Below, piece after piece: positions 1 through 10,389 of a DNA stretch of 64,000 nucleotides. The notes beneath the pieces were generated by a model. That model saw only the letters and a program-made list of their open reading frames with translations. It had not been told where the DNA came from and did no database searches. The position numbers and the translations under genes were made by a program. The stretch's first letter is position 1. The number at the start of each line of letters is the position of its first letter. Origin of the DNA: an uncultured Victivallales bacterium (GTDB lineage Bacteria; Verrucomicrobiota; Kiritimatiellia; UBA8416). The stretch covers positions 54,315 through 118,314 of the forward strand of contig CAYYJS010000002.1 of NCBI GenBank assembly GCA_964472315.1, given 5' to 3'.

Positions 1-116
1 ACCGGCGCCGGTCCCTGGCGTGGCGTGATGAATTTGTCGAGCACACGCGACATGGTCTGTATCATCGGGGACGCGAAGGCCGGCGGCAAGAGGGGAAAGG
101 CGTTGATGGCGGGCGG

Positions 117-845
117 TTACGCGTCTTCCGCGGGGTCGAGGGGCGGACGTTCCTGTTCGGGGGGGAGGCTTTCGAGGCTTGGGGACGAGACCCATATCCA
201 GCGCCAGCGTCCCTTCGCTCCGCGGTAGGCGGGAACCTGGAAGAAGCGGACATGGAGACCGGCGCCGCGCAGGCGGCGTTCGAATGGCCGGTTGGGTGTG
301 GCGGACCAGATGGCCAGGGTCCCCTTCGCGTGCATGGCGTCGATGCAGAGCTGGATTCCGCGTTCGCTGTACAACCGGCCGTTGCTTCGGTCGGTCATGG
401 CGGCCGGCCCGTTGTCGATATCGAGCAGGATGGCGTCGTAGGTCTTGGCGGCGCCGAGAAGATGTTTGACGATATCGCCGGTGACGACGGTCACCCGGCG
501 GTCGCGCAAGGGGTGTTGCGTCAGTCTGCCCAGAAAATCGCGATTCCAGCGGACGACGTCCGGAACCAATTCGGCGACGATGACGGATGCCTGCGGGGGC
601 AGCATATCCAGCGCGGCGCGCAGCGTGTAGCCCATGCCGAGGCCCCCGATGAGCACCGTGGGGTTTCGGTGCTCGGCGATGCGCGCGCAGCCGAGGCGGG
701 CCAATTCGAGCTCGGATTCGTGTTCGCGCGAATTCATCAACTCGAGGCGTGACACCGTGATGACGAAATCGCCGTCGTGCTCGTGGAGCACCAGTTCGTT
801 GCCATCGGGGGTCCGTGTCTTGGCGAGGCGTATCGTTGGCTTCAT
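117..845 (-). CDS. Spermidine/spermine synthase-family (PABS-like, class I SAM-dependent aminopropyltransferase) protein
   Basis: 242-aa ORF. The Gly-rich motif VLIGGLGMGYT resembles the SAM/dcSAM-binding loop of SpeE-type aminopropyltransferases. Composition is balanced, unlike the flanking antisense ORFs. Confidence 0.55.
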   Translation of the reverse strand: MKPTIRLAKTRTPDGNELVLHEHDGDFVITVSRLELMNSREHESELELARLGCARIAEHRNPTVLIGGLGMGYTLRAALDMLPPQASVIVAELVPDVVRWNRDFLGRLTQHPLRDRRVTVVTGDIVKHLLGAAKTYDAILLDIDNGPAAMTDRSNGRLYSERGIQLCIDAMHAKGTLAIWSATPNRPFERRLRGAGLHVRFFQVPAYRGAKGRWRWIWVSSPSLESLPPEQERPPLDPAEDA

Positions 846-967
846 AGTTCCTGAAACACGCCTTTCTCCTGGGGGATCCGGCGACCATTCGACTTCTAAC
901 CGTACCGCGCGGGTGTCGGGGGCACGTCGCGCGGGGGGAGTTGAACAGGTTTACCGGGTGAACGCAA

Positions 968-1378
968 GTGCCGAACAACGTAGCCTTCTACCTGTTGTGC
1001 GGGGTCGCCGCGGTGGTCGCGCAGGTACTTGCGGGACCGACGGCCCTGATTCCGATGGTGGGCGCGTCGGGGGCGATCGGCGGCGTGATGGGCGCCTACC
1101 TGCGCCTGTACCCGATGGCGCCGGTGCACATGCTCGTTTTCTTCGGGTTCTTCTTCACACGCATCGTCGTTCCGGCGTTCTTCCTGCTCGGGTACTGGTT
1201 CGTCCTCCAGTTCGTGGCCGGGATGTTCGATGCGGGGATGGGTGGGGTGGCGTTCTGGGCGCATGTCGGCGGGTTTGCGGCCGGTTTCCTGCTCGTGCCG
1301 GTGTTCTGCCGATCGGATCGGGTGCACGCCTGCCGCCGCCGGCGCGGGCGCGTGTCGCGCATGGTGCGACGGATCTGA
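968..1378 (+). pseudogene. Rhomboid intramembrane serine protease, C-terminal fragment (TM4-TM6 only)
   Basis: The catalytic GASGAIGG (Ser) and the C-terminal AHVGGFAAGFLL (His) helices are present. An in-frame TGA sits at 959-961, and only about 110 nt lie upstream before the divergent gene. There is therefore no room for TM1-3. Confidence 0.5.
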
Positions 1379-1439
1379 CGCGCGGCGCGGGCCATGGCCG
1401 ACCGCCCGTGCGGGTCCCGGCGCGCCCCTTCGCCGGCGT

Positions 1440-2549
1440 CTAGAACGCGTACTGGCCCTGCACGAACAGTTCGTCCGCATCGCGATGGGCGTGGCCGTCC
1501 ACGTTCTCGCCGACGCGGTACGTGGCCTGGACTTTGATCGTGTGCTTGCGGACGAACCCATTGACGCCCACCGACGCGCGTGTCCAGGTGGTGTCGTAGC
1601 CGTCCGCATCCAGGGCTTCGTAGGCGGCGACCAGTTCGAGCTTGCCGGGCAGGACCATATAGCCGCCCTCGACGGCGCCGACATCGAGGGTCGTTTCGCT
1701 GTCCACGTAAAGCCCTTCGGCGATCCCCGGTTCGATCAAGCCGGCGCGAATGCGGTTGTACTCGAAGTCGATGGATACGCCGCCGCCGCGCAAGCCGGCG
1801 TTGAGCTCGATGCCCTGCGCGTAATCGAGATCCTTTTTGGCGCGTGTGGGGTCGAGGTTGTCGTCATCGTTGGCCCACGCATAGCCGGCGACACCGACGG
1901 TCATCCGGAAGCGGCGGTCGAAATCGCCCTGATCGTATGGCATCGGGCCGCATGGGTGGCAGTCGAGTCGGATCGCGGCGAGGTTGCCTTCGCTCCAATC
2001 CTCGTCACGATCGAGGCAGGCAACGGTGTCGAAATCGACGCGGCTGTTATCGGGATCGACGGCCGCCTTGACCACGGCCGCGGCCCATGACATGCCGCCG
2101 CCGGCCCGGCCCTCGAAATGCAGGCCGACCTGCCGGTCGGTCACGCCGTAGTTGTGATCGCCGACCAGCGTCAGTTCGACAAGTTGCTGTTTGTTTGCCG
2201 AGGTTATGGACTCGCGGGAATACGGCGTGGTGTAGTTGCCGACGATCAGCGTGGCGGGCTGCCAGCCCGCGTAGGCGACGTAGGCGTCCCGGATATCGAT
2301 GTTGCCGCCCCCCATGTCCCATTCGATCTTGGAGCACCACTCGGCGTCGCCGGCCTGGAGGTAGGGTCGAAGCCGGCGGAAGAGCAGTTCGTCCGTGGAC
2401 TCGCCCGTATTCGGTGACTCGGCGTGGTACTGCACCTGGATGCGGCCGCCGAGTTCCATGTAGCGGCCCGACGCATCCGTGTAGCGAACACCGGCGACGG
2501 CAACCTGCGAGAGCGCCACGACGGCGATGACGAGAGACGGCGACTTCAT
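1440..2549 (-). CDS. Outer-membrane beta-barrel porin, phosphate-selective porin O/P-like
   Basis: Signal peptide MKSPSLVIAVVALSQVAVAG. The body is rich in alternating Gly/Asp/Tyr. The C-terminal ...VQGQYAF ends in Phe, the usual OMP terminus. The track ORF runs to 3116, but the upstream part is Arg/Pro-rich read-through. Confidence 0.6.
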   Translation of the reverse strand: MKSPSLVIAVVALSQVAVAGVRYTDASGRYMELGGRIQVQYHAESPNTGESTDELLFRRLRPYLQAGDAEWCSKIEWDMGGGNIDIRDAYVAYAGWQPATLIVGNYTTPYSRESITSANKQQLVELTLVGDHNYGVTDRQVGLHFEGRAGGGMSWAAAVVKAAVDPDNSRVDFDTVACLDRDEDWSEGNLAAIRLDCHPCGPMPYDQGDFDRRFRMTVGVAGYAWANDDDNLDPTRAKKDLDYAQGIELNAGLRGGGVSIDFEYNRIRAGLIEPGIAEGLYVDSETTLDVGAVEGGYMVLPGKLELVAAYEALDADGYDTTWTRASVGVNGFVRKHTIKVQATYRVGENVDGHAHRDADELFVQGQYAF

Positions 2550-2748
2550 ATGCATTTCCCCTGCTTGATCGGACCGCTGTCGAAAACCGAAAACTATTCG
2601 CGCCACTATGCCGCTTATCGGGCAACGCGGCAAGACTGGGAAACGATGGTTCTCACTGCCGACTTGCAGGATTCTCGGCCGGCGCGTAACATGCCCGACA
2701 CTGCAACCGCCTTTCGTGCATGGTTGTGGTGCGAAAGAGCGGTTGTGT

Positions 2749-4137
2749 ATGCGTGACATAAGACTGCCGGTTTCGGTGATTCTTGCGGCCGGCGTGACCT
2801 TGGCGGCGTGGGGCCAGGTGTCCGGCGATCCCTGCGAGACGGCGCGCAGGCAGTTCCAGGCGATCGTGTCGCGGCTCGATGTCGGCGGCGATTTCCTGTT
2901 CGTGGGTAACTGCGACGGGCTGATCCAGGACGTCTTCCGCGGCATCCTGGGCGAAGGCGCGGCGAAGCCGCCTGATACGCCCGAGGGTCGCGAGGCGCTG
3001 GCGGCGGCGGCGCGGGTGGAGACGTTTCTCCGGCGCAACGGCCTGTACGCGGTGCAGGGCATCGGCGTGAGCGCGGCGCCGCTGCCGGACGGTCGGCACA
3101 CCGTCAAGGCGTTCATCGGCCGCGACTACGTGGAGTCCGGTCTGCCGTTCTGGCGGGGGCTCTTCGGTTGGCATTCGCGGCGGCTCTCGTCGCTCGACTT
3201 CATTCCCGGCGACGCGGCCATGGCGCGGGCGTCGACGAGCGATCCGGCGGCGCTGTGGAGCTTCATCCTTGCGGCGATGGGCGAGGCGGCCGCGCCCGAG
3301 CGTGCCGCCGCCTTTGCGGCGTGGCGGAAGTCGTGCGACGAGATGCTGGGCGTGCCGATGGACCGGATCGTGGAGAGTCTGCGCGACGAGGTGATGGTGG
3401 CCGTGCGGTTCCGCGCCGACCGGGTGCTGACGCTGCCGACGGCCGCGGGATCGGTGGCGATACCGGCGCCTGAGGTGCTGTTCGGCGTTTCGGTGAAGAG
3501 CGACATCCTGCGCGGCGTCGTGGAAGCGCAACTGGCGCGGCGTGGAATGGCGATGACGGATGTCGCGGTTGGCGAATCGAGCATGCGGCATGTGACGGCG
3601 CCGTTGCCGCTGTTGACGCCCGTGCAGCCCGCGATGGCTACCGAGAGCGGGTTCTTCCTGATCGGGTCGACGACGAACATCGTGTCTGACGCGCTGCTGG
3701 CCTACCGGCACAAGACGGGCCTGACGACGCGTCCCGAGTTCATCCGCGGGTTGGGCAGCCTGCCGCTTGTCAACAACGGCCTGATCCATGTCGGTCCGGC
3801 GATGTCCGATGTCGCCTCGCGGTTGCGCCGCGTGCGGGTTGCCGACTGGGCGCCGCCGGGGCATCCGCTGTTGCGCCGCGTGCTGCAGTCGCTTGCCGAA
3901 GTTGGCGAGGGACGCGCCCACACCGCGGTGATCTTGAACTGGAAAAGCGGTGTGATGGTCGTTGCCAACGGCACATGGGGCGGCAAGGACATACTGCGTC
4001 AGCTTGCGGCGCGCCCGGTGCGTATTTTAGGTGAACTGACACTGACGGACGCGCTGCAAGCGGTTATGTTGCCGTTCTCGGCTTCCGGAGTCGCGGCGCC
4101 CGCGTCCGACGACGGGGCGGGGGCGGGTGGACACTAG
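2749..4137 (+). CDS. Hypothetical secreted protein (signal peptide, about 460 aa)
   Basis: Internal ATG at 2749 gives MRDIRLPVSVILAAGVTLAAWGQ, a signal peptide. Composition is balanced. I do not recognise the family. Confidence 0.5.
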   Translation: MRDIRLPVSVILAAGVTLAAWGQVSGDPCETARRQFQAIVSRLDVGGDFLFVGNCDGLIQDVFRGILGEGAAKPPDTPEGREALAAAARVETFLRRNGLYAVQGIGVSAAPLPDGRHTVKAFIGRDYVESGLPFWRGLFGWHSRRLSSLDFIPGDAAMARASTSDPAALWSFILAAMGEAAAPERAAAFAAWRKSCDEMLGVPMDRIVESLRDEVMVAVRFRADRVLTLPTAAGSVAIPAPEVLFGVSVKSDILRGVVEAQLARRGMAMTDVAVGESSMRHVTAPLPLLTPVQPAMATESGFFLIGSTTNIVSDALLAYRHKTGLTTRPEFIRGLGSLPLVNNGLIHVGPAMSDVASRLRRVRVADWAPPGHPLLRRVLQSLAEVGEGRAHTAVILNWKSGVMVVANGTWGGKDILRQLAARPVRILGELTLTDALQAVMLPFSASGVAAPASDDGAGAGGH

Positions 4138-4159
4138 CAAGGGCGAGGGGAAGTCGACC

Positions 4160-5083
4160 ATGGAAAAGATCGTGATAGCCGGCACCGGGCCGGCGGGGCT
4201 GACGGCGGCGGTGTATGCGGCGCGCGCGAACCTCGATCCGCTGGTACTCGAGGGGCCGGAGCCTGGAGGGCAGCTTGTCGTATCCTACGAAGTGGAGAAC
4301 TATCCGGGGTTCGTCGAACCCATTTCCGGCGCCGAGTTGATGGACCGGTTCCATCGTCAGGCGGAGCGTTTCGGTACGCGCTTCCGGCAGACCAGCATTA
4401 CCGCCGCCCGGAAGGAGGGGGATCGCTTCGTGCTCGATACCGATGGCGGCGTCATCGAGACGCAGACGCTCGTCATTGCCACCGGTGCGGTTGCGCGGCG
4501 TCTCCCGATCCCGACCGAACCGCGGTTCTACGGGCGTGGCGTCTCCGGTTGCGCCACCTGCGACGGCGCCTTTTTCCGGGAGCAGGAGGTGCTGGTGGTC
4601 GGAGGGGGGAATACGGCGATGGAAGACGCGATGTTCCTGACGCGGTTCGCGTCGAAGGTCACGGTCGTGCATCGGCGCGACTATTTCCGTGCCGCGCCGG
4701 TCGAAGTCGAGAAGTGCCGCAAGCATCCGAAGATCGCCTGGATGATTCCGTGGGCGGTCGAGGAGATCAAGGGGGATGCATCCGGTACCGTGAACGGCGC
4801 GACGCTGCGTCAGGTCGATACCGGCGAGCGGCGCGACGTCGCCTGTCAGGGGATTTTCGTGGCGATCGGGCACGACCCGAAGACGGACGCCTTCCGCGGC
4901 TTGGTGGACATGGACGAAGACGGTTTCATCGTAGCGGATCCGGCCTCGACCCGGACATCCTGCCCGGGCGTCTTCGCGTGCGGCGATGTGCGGGACAAGG
5001 TCTACAAGCAAGCGGTTGTTGCCGCCGGACACGGGTGCATGGCGGCCCTCGATGTCGAGAAGTATCTTGGCCAGCGCGAGTAG
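4160..5083 (+). CDS. trxB: Thioredoxin-disulfide reductase
   Basis: N-terminal GTGPAG FAD motif. Redox-active CATCDG. GGGNTAMEDAMFL NADPH motif. Typical length. Confidence 0.9.
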   Translation: MEKIVIAGTGPAGLTAAVYAARANLDPLVLEGPEPGGQLVVSYEVENYPGFVEPISGAELMDRFHRQAERFGTRFRQTSITAARKEGDRFVLDTDGGVIETQTLVIATGAVARRLPIPTEPRFYGRGVSGCATCDGAFFREQEVLVVGGGNTAMEDAMFLTRFASKVTVVHRRDYFRAAPVEVEKCRKHPKIAWMIPWAVEEIKGDASGTVNGATLRQVDTGERRDVACQGIFVAIGHDPKTDAFRGLVDMDEDGFIVADPASTRTSCPGVFACGDVRDKVYKQAVVAAGHGCMAALDVEKYLGQRE

Positions 5084-5118
5084 CGCCGCCGGGCCGGGCG
5101 GTTTCCGCCGTTTCCGCC

Positions 5119-6582
5119 ATGCGCAATCGGATGGAACTTATCAAACCAAGCCTGACAACCGCGACGCCGCCCAATGTGGTGCTGATCCTCATCGACGACA
5201 TGGGATGGCGCGACCTGACCTGCTGCGGCAGCACCTTCTACGAGACGCCGAACATCGATCGACTGGCCCGCGAGGGTATGTTTTTCACGGACGCGTATGC
5301 GTCCTGCCCGGTGTGTTCGCCCACGCGAGCCAGCATCATGACCGGGCGGTATCCGGCGACGTTGGGGATCACCGACTGGATCGATTGGCACGGGCGCATT
5401 CATCCGGTGCGCGGCAAGCTTGTCGACGTGCCCTACACCAAAGAACTATCGGCCCGGGAGCGCACGGTCGCCACCGCGCTCCGTGAGGGCGGTTACGCCA
5501 CGTGGCACATCGGCAAATGGCACTTGGGCGGGCCGGGGCACACGCCGGAGGACCATGGATTCGACGTAAACGTCGGCGGCTGCGAGTGCGGCAGTCCGGG
5601 GCGCGGCGGCTACTTCAGCCCCTGGTCGATTACGGCGCTGAAGGACGTGGATGTCCCCGCAGGCACCTACTTGACCGACTACCTGACCGACCGTGCGATC
5701 GACCTGATTCGCAACCGCGACGGGCGGCCATTCTTCCTCAACATGTGCTACTATCAGGTGCACACGCCGATTCAGGGCAAGCCGGAGAAGGTACGGAAGT
5801 ACACGGAGAAGGCGCGGCGTCTCGGTCTGGACCGCGTGACGGCGCTCGTCGAGGGCGAGCACTTCCCCTGCGAACACAAGAAGCACCTGCGAGTGACGCG
5901 GCGCGTGGTTCAGTCCGACCCCACATACGCGGCGATGATCGAATCGCTCGACGAGAACGTCGGTCGTCTGCTGGCGATGCTCGACGAACAGGGGTTGACG
6001 GACAATACGGTCGTTCTGTTCACGTCCGACAACGGCGGGTTGGCGACCGCCGAAGGGTCGCCGACGTGCAATGCGCCCGCTAAAGAGGGCAAGGGTTGGA
6101 TGTACGAGGGCGGCACGCGCGAGCCGTTGCTCGTGCGGTGGCCGCGAGTCGTCGCCGCCGGGTCGCGATGCGGTGTGCCGGTAACGAGCACCGATTTTTA
6201 TCCGACGCTGCTCGAAGCGGCGGGACTCCCGCTGGAGCCGGCGGCCCACAAGGATGGGGTCAGCCTGCTCGGCCTGTTGCGGGGTGCGGAGGCGCTGCCG
6301 CGCGCATCGATCTTCTGGCACTATCCGCATTACGGTAACCAGGGTGGCACGCCGGGCGCCGCGATTCGTTCCGGCGACTACAAGCTCATCGCATTCTTCG
6401 AAGACGCGCGGGTCGAACTCTACGATGTCCGCGACGACATCGGCGAGCGCGTGAACCTGGCGGCGGCCCGGCCGGAATTGGCGGCGCGGCTGCTGGCGGA
6501 GCTGCGTGCGTGGCAGGCGTCGGTCGAGGCGAAGATGCCGCGGGCGAACCCGGACTACGGGGCGGCCGTCGGGCAGGCGTAG
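5119..6582 (+). CDS. Arylsulfatase-family (formylglycine-dependent) sulfatase
   Basis: LILIDDMGWRDL followed by the CSPTRASIMTGRYP sulfatase signature (C-x-P-x-R). The start is taken at the internal MRNRMEL. The track ORF extends upstream through Arg-rich read-through. Confidence 0.85.
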   Translation: MRNRMELIKPSLTTATPPNVVLILIDDMGWRDLTCCGSTFYETPNIDRLAREGMFFTDAYASCPVCSPTRASIMTGRYPATLGITDWIDWHGRIHPVRGKLVDVPYTKELSARERTVATALREGGYATWHIGKWHLGGPGHTPEDHGFDVNVGGCECGSPGRGGYFSPWSITALKDVDVPAGTYLTDYLTDRAIDLIRNRDGRPFFLNMCYYQVHTPIQGKPEKVRKYTEKARRLGLDRVTALVEGEHFPCEHKKHLRVTRRVVQSDPTYAAMIESLDENVGRLLAMLDEQGLTDNTVVLFTSDNGGLATAEGSPTCNAPAKEGKGWMYEGGTREPLLVRWPRVVAAGSRCGVPVTSTDFYPTLLEAAGLPLEPAAHKDGVSLLGLLRGAEALPRASIFWHYPHYGNQGGTPGAAIRSGDYKLIAFFEDARVELYDVRDDIGERVNLAAARPELAARLLAELRAWQASVEAKMPRANPDYGAAVGQA

Positions 6583-6680
6583 ACGGGTTGCCGCTCGGCA
6601 TCCGTCCGACTCCTTGCCATGCAGGGGGTTTTGGTCGGGGCTCGGGTTTTTCCTGATGCCAAAAACAGCCGTCACCTGAG

Positions 6681-6709
6681 TTGACAGAACGTTCGTGCAA
6701 GTGGATGAT
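6681..6709 (+). promoter_or_regulatory. Candidate sigma70-type promoter (TTGACA-17 nt-GATGAT) for the sensor-kinase operon
   Basis: Perfect -35 hexamer TTGACA at 6681-6686. A 17-nt spacer follows. GATGAT is at 6704-6709, about 65 nt upstream of the kinase start. Confidence 0.3.
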
Positions 6710-6773
6710 ACGGCGGTGAAGCCGATGATGGTTGCGGTGCACGGATCTGACGTTGACGCAGAGGAACGACGGT

Positions 6774-8807
6774 ATGTTGACCGATGATACTCCCGTGATC
6801 GCGGTTCTGCTCGTGGAGGATGACGAGGACGATTATGTCATTACCCGTCACCTGCTGTCCGAGTCCAAGACGATCCGGTTTCAGCTCGATTGGGCGGAGA
6901 GTTTCAGCAAGGCCGAAGCCGGCCTGGCCGAGCGGCCGCCGGATGTCGTGCTGCTGGATCTCACGCTGCCGGACTCGCATGGCTGGAAGACGCTCGTGCG
7001 CATGCTGCGTGCCGCGCCGCGGTTGCCGGTGATCCTGCTGACGGGAAGCCGGGACGAGGCGCTTGGCGTGAAGGCTGTTCAAGAAGGCGCGCAGGACTAC
7101 CTTTTCAAAGGCTATCTGGACTGCGAGGGATTGACGCGCGCGATCCGGTATGCCATCGAGCGTAAGCGCGCGGAACTGGCCTTTAAGGAGTATCAGGAGC
7201 ACCTCGAGGAGATGGTCCAGGAGCGCACGACGGAACTGCGCCGGGCCAACCAGGAGTTGACGGAGCAGATTCAACATCGCATCCGTATCGAGCGCGACAT
7301 TGAAGACTCGCGCAACTATCTGCAGGCGATCGTCGCGGGTTCCCACGACGGAATCGCCCTGGTGGACGAACACGGGTGCTTCGAATTCGGCAACGACGCC
7401 TTTACCGAGACCCTCGGGTGGCCGCGGGACGAACTCATCGGGCAGCACGTTACGAAAGTGTTTCCGGATAATATTCTCACGTCCGTTCCCTTGCCATGGT
7501 CCGAGGAGCAACCGGACGAAGGCAGTTCCCGCGAGACGGACGTGGTTGCCAAGGACGGGCAGCGGCGCAGCCTTCTGGTCAGTCACCGACTGATCACCGT
7601 CGATTCGCATCCCAAATACTGCGTGGCGATGAAGGACATCACGGCGCGCAAGCGGGCCGAGACCGAGCTGCGACGGGCGATCGAGCAGCTCAAGGCGCAC
7701 GACAAGGCGAAGACGCAGTTCGTCTCCAACGTGTCCCATGAGCTGAAGACGCCGTTGGCCTCCATGACCTACGCCATCGACAACATGCTCAAAGGCATCG
7801 TCGGGGAGGTGTCCGAGCGGCTGCGGGCGTATCTGCACATGTTGAGGTCGGACGCCGAACGGCTGGGGCGTGCCATCGGGGATATCCTCGACATGAGCAG
7901 ACTGGAAGCGAACGCGCTGGCGCTTGACCGCGTCGTTCTACCGTTCGGTCGTTTTGTGCGGCATATCGTGGATGCGCTGCGGCTGCAGGCCGAGGAGAAG
8001 CGACAGGAACTGCGCGTGGCGATCGACGGCTGCGGCGGGTTCGTCGACTGCGATCCGCAGAAGATGGAGCGGGTGGTCATGAACATCATCCGCAACGCGG
8101 TGAAGTTCACGCCGGAACAGGGCGTGATCGAAGTGGCGGTTGCGCGCGCGGATGGCGGCGCCCTTATGTTGTCGGTGACCGATACCGGCATCGGCATTCC
8201 GCTGGAGCATCTGGATCATGTGACGGAGCGGTACTTCCGGGTTGGCGAGTATGTGGATGGAACGGGTCTCGGGCTGGCCATCGCCAAGGAGATCGTCGTC
8301 CTGCATGGCGGTACGTTGACCCTGCGCAGCCCCCCGCCGGGACGGGACCGCGGCACGCAGGTGGATGTCGCGTTGCCGGCGGTGGACGCGCCGACGATCA
8401 TGACGGTCGACGGCTCGGCGGACGTTCGGGATATCCTCAGCCGTCAGCTTGGCGGCGTTGGCTATCGGGTTGTGCCGTGCGCGTCGGCATCGGAGGCCTT
8501 GGAGCGCATCGCGCACGAGGCGCCGAGTCTGATCATGACGGACCTCGTGATGTCCGGGATGTCCGGGGTGGAAGTGATCGCCGCGATCCGGTCGAACCAT
8601 GATTGGCGGCGCATCCCGATGGTCGCCATGACCGGCGCCGAGTTGGATCGGGCCAGGCGCGAGATTCTCGAAGGGCTCAACATCCCGGCACTGGTCAAGC
8701 CATGGAGTCTTGACGCTTTGATCGAGTGCGTGGAGAACAGCGTGGTCGGTGACCGGTATCCGATGCATCAGGCGGGTATGCCGGAGAGGCGGGGTTATGG
8801 GCGATAA
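6774..8807 (+). CDS. Hybrid sensor histidine kinase, REC-coiled coil-PAS-HisKA-HATPase-REC
   Basis: N-terminal receiver (VLLVEDDEDDY ... VVLLDLTLPD). PAS segment. H-box VSHELKTPL. G-box DTGIGIP ... GTGLGLAI. C-terminal receiver (LIMTDLVMSGMSG). Confidence 0.85.
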   Translation: MLTDDTPVIAVLLVEDDEDDYVITRHLLSESKTIRFQLDWAESFSKAEAGLAERPPDVVLLDLTLPDSHGWKTLVRMLRAAPRLPVILLTGSRDEALGVKAVQEGAQDYLFKGYLDCEGLTRAIRYAIERKRAELAFKEYQEHLEEMVQERTTELRRANQELTEQIQHRIRIERDIEDSRNYLQAIVAGSHDGIALVDEHGCFEFGNDAFTETLGWPRDELIGQHVTKVFPDNILTSVPLPWSEEQPDEGSSRETDVVAKDGQRRSLLVSHRLITVDSHPKYCVAMKDITARKRAETELRRAIEQLKAHDKAKTQFVSNVSHELKTPLASMTYAIDNMLKGIVGEVSERLRAYLHMLRSDAERLGRAIGDILDMSRLEANALALDRVVLPFGRFVRHIVDALRLQAEEKRQELRVAIDGCGGFVDCDPQKMERVVMNIIRNAVKFTPEQGVIEVAVARADGGALMLSVTDTGIGIPLEHLDHVTERYFRVGEYVDGTGLGLAIAKEIVVLHGGTLTLRSPPPGRDRGTQVDVALPAVDAPTIMTVDGSADVRDILSRQLGGVGYRVVPCASASEALERIAHEAPSLIMTDLVMSGMSGVEVIAAIRSNHDWRRIPMVAMTGAELDRARREILEGLNIPALVKPWSLDALIECVENSVVGDRYPMHQAGMPERRGYGR

Positions 8808-10389
8808 CTCATTCTCGACGACGGCGAGGATCGACATCCTTCCGGGCGGTCAGCCGCCGTATGCGGGACGGAGCCCGGCGGAGCCGTCGCGCGCCGCGTC
8901 GCCGGGCGCCTTGCGCGTGGGCGGGCAGGAGTTCCAGCAACTGCTGCAGAACATTTATGACGGCGCGCTGATTGCCAAGCTTGACGGGGCCATCGTGGAT
9001 AGCAATCGGCGGATGACGCGGATGCTGAACCGGTCGCGGCGCGAGTTGTCGACGGCCACGATTTTCGACGTTATCTACGGCGCGGCGCCGGCGTTGCTCG
9101 ACGAGATTCTGGAAACCCTTGCCAACGACCAGTTCGTCCTGCTCCAGGCGGCTTGCATCCGGAGCGATCAGACGATGTTTCCGGCCGAGATCGCGGTCAA
9201 CCGCCTGGAACTGCCCCCCCACGCGTACCTGTGTTTCTTCGTCCGCGATACGACGGTGCGGAAGGATGCGGAGGATCGACTGCGGGAACGGTCGCTGGCG
9301 ATTCGCAACGCGGCGGATGGCATCGCCGTGGCGACGCTGGATGGCGCGGTGACGTATGCGAACCCGGCGATCGCCGAACTCTGGGGTGTCGACGACGTGG
9401 AACGGATGGTGGGTCGGAACCTGCGCGACCTCGTCCGCAACGGCGATGTGGCCGACCAGATCCGCGGCGCGATCGAGCATCGACTGTCATGGTGCGGCGA
9501 GGTGTCGTGTCGTACGGATCAGGGCAACCCATTCTTCGTGCAGTTGGCGTGTGCGCCGAACCTGGACGCCGACGACCAGCTTACGGGCATGGTGCTTTCC
9601 GTGACGGACGTGACGAACCGCATTCTTGCCGAGCGGCGCCTCGAGGGGGCGATGCAGGAGCTTGCCCGCTCCAACCAGGATCTTGAGCAATTCGCCTATG
9701 CGGTTTCGCATGACCTCCAGGCGCCGTTGCGCAAGATCGTCGCGTTCAGCGACATGCTCAACCGGTCGGCGGGCGCGCTTCCCGCGGAGTCGGCCGACTA
9801 TCTCCAGCGGATGCGCGATGCCGCCGCCCGCATGGGGGCGTTGATCGTCGGGTTGCTCGAGTATTCGCGGGTCAACACACGCGGACAGGTCTGGGAATTG
9901 GTGGACTTGAGCGTCGTGGCGCGGGCGGTCGTATCGGACCTCGACGCCGCGGTTCGGGAGCACGAGGCGCGTATCGAGGTCGGGGTGTTGCCGATCGTCG
10001 AGGCCGAACCGTTCCAGATGCGGCAGCTATTCCAGAACCTCATCGGCAATGCCATCAAGTTCCACCGTGCCAGGGTGCCGCCGCATGTTCGTGTGACGGC
10101 CGATGAGGCCGCGGTCGTCGATGCGACGGGCCGCACCTGCCGCCGCGTGGCGGTGATGGACAACGGCATCGGGTTCGATCCCGCGGATGCGGAACGTATC
10201 TTCGGTGTCTTCCAACGGCTTCACCGGCGAGACGACTACGAGGGTACCGGTATCGGTCTGGCGATCTGTCGGAAGATCGTGGACCGCCATGGCGGCGAGA
10301 TCCAGGTGACGTCGACGCCGGGAGAGGGTTCCTGTTTTACGGTGCGGCTACCCATCCGGCAGGGCGAAGCGGGAGGAGGGCGGGTGTGA
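8797..10389 (+). CDS. PAS-PAS sensor histidine kinase
   Basis: Two PAS-like segments. H-box AVSHDLQAPLRKI. N/G boxes NLIGNAIKF, DNGIGFD and GTGIGLAI. Start chosen at MGDNSF, overlapping the upstream stop. Confidence 0.8.
   Translation: MGDNSFSTTARIDILPGGQPPYAGRSPAEPSRAASPGALRVGGQEFQQLLQNIYDGALIAKLDGAIVDSNRRMTRMLNRSRRELSTATIFDVIYGAAPALLDEILETLANDQFVLLQAACIRSDQTMFPAEIAVNRLELPPHAYLCFFVRDTTVRKDAEDRLRERSLAIRNAADGIAVATLDGAVTYANPAIAELWGVDDVERMVGRNLRDLVRNGDVADQIRGAIEHRLSWCGEVSCRTDQGNPFFVQLACAPNLDADDQLTGMVLSVTDVTNRILAERRLEGAMQELARSNQDLEQFAYAVSHDLQAPLRKIVAFSDMLNRSAGALPAESADYLQRMRDAAARMGALIVGLLEYSRVNTRGQVWELVDLSVVARAVVSDLDAAVREHEARIEVGVLPIVEAEPFQMRQLFQNLIGNAIKFHRARVPPHVRVTADEAAVVDATGRTCRRVAVMDNGIGFDPADAERIFGVFQRLHRRDDYEGTGIGLAICRKIVDRHGGEIQVTSTPGEGSCFTVRLPIRQGEAGGGRV

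Noticed and set aside
4549-5118. Upstream extension of the sulfatase ORF (track start 4549)
   Set aside because: The extension overlaps trxB in another frame and is Arg/Gly-rich. The internal MRNRMEL start immediately precedes the conserved sulfatase N-terminus. The sulfatase then has no obvious signal peptide, which is noted but unresolved.
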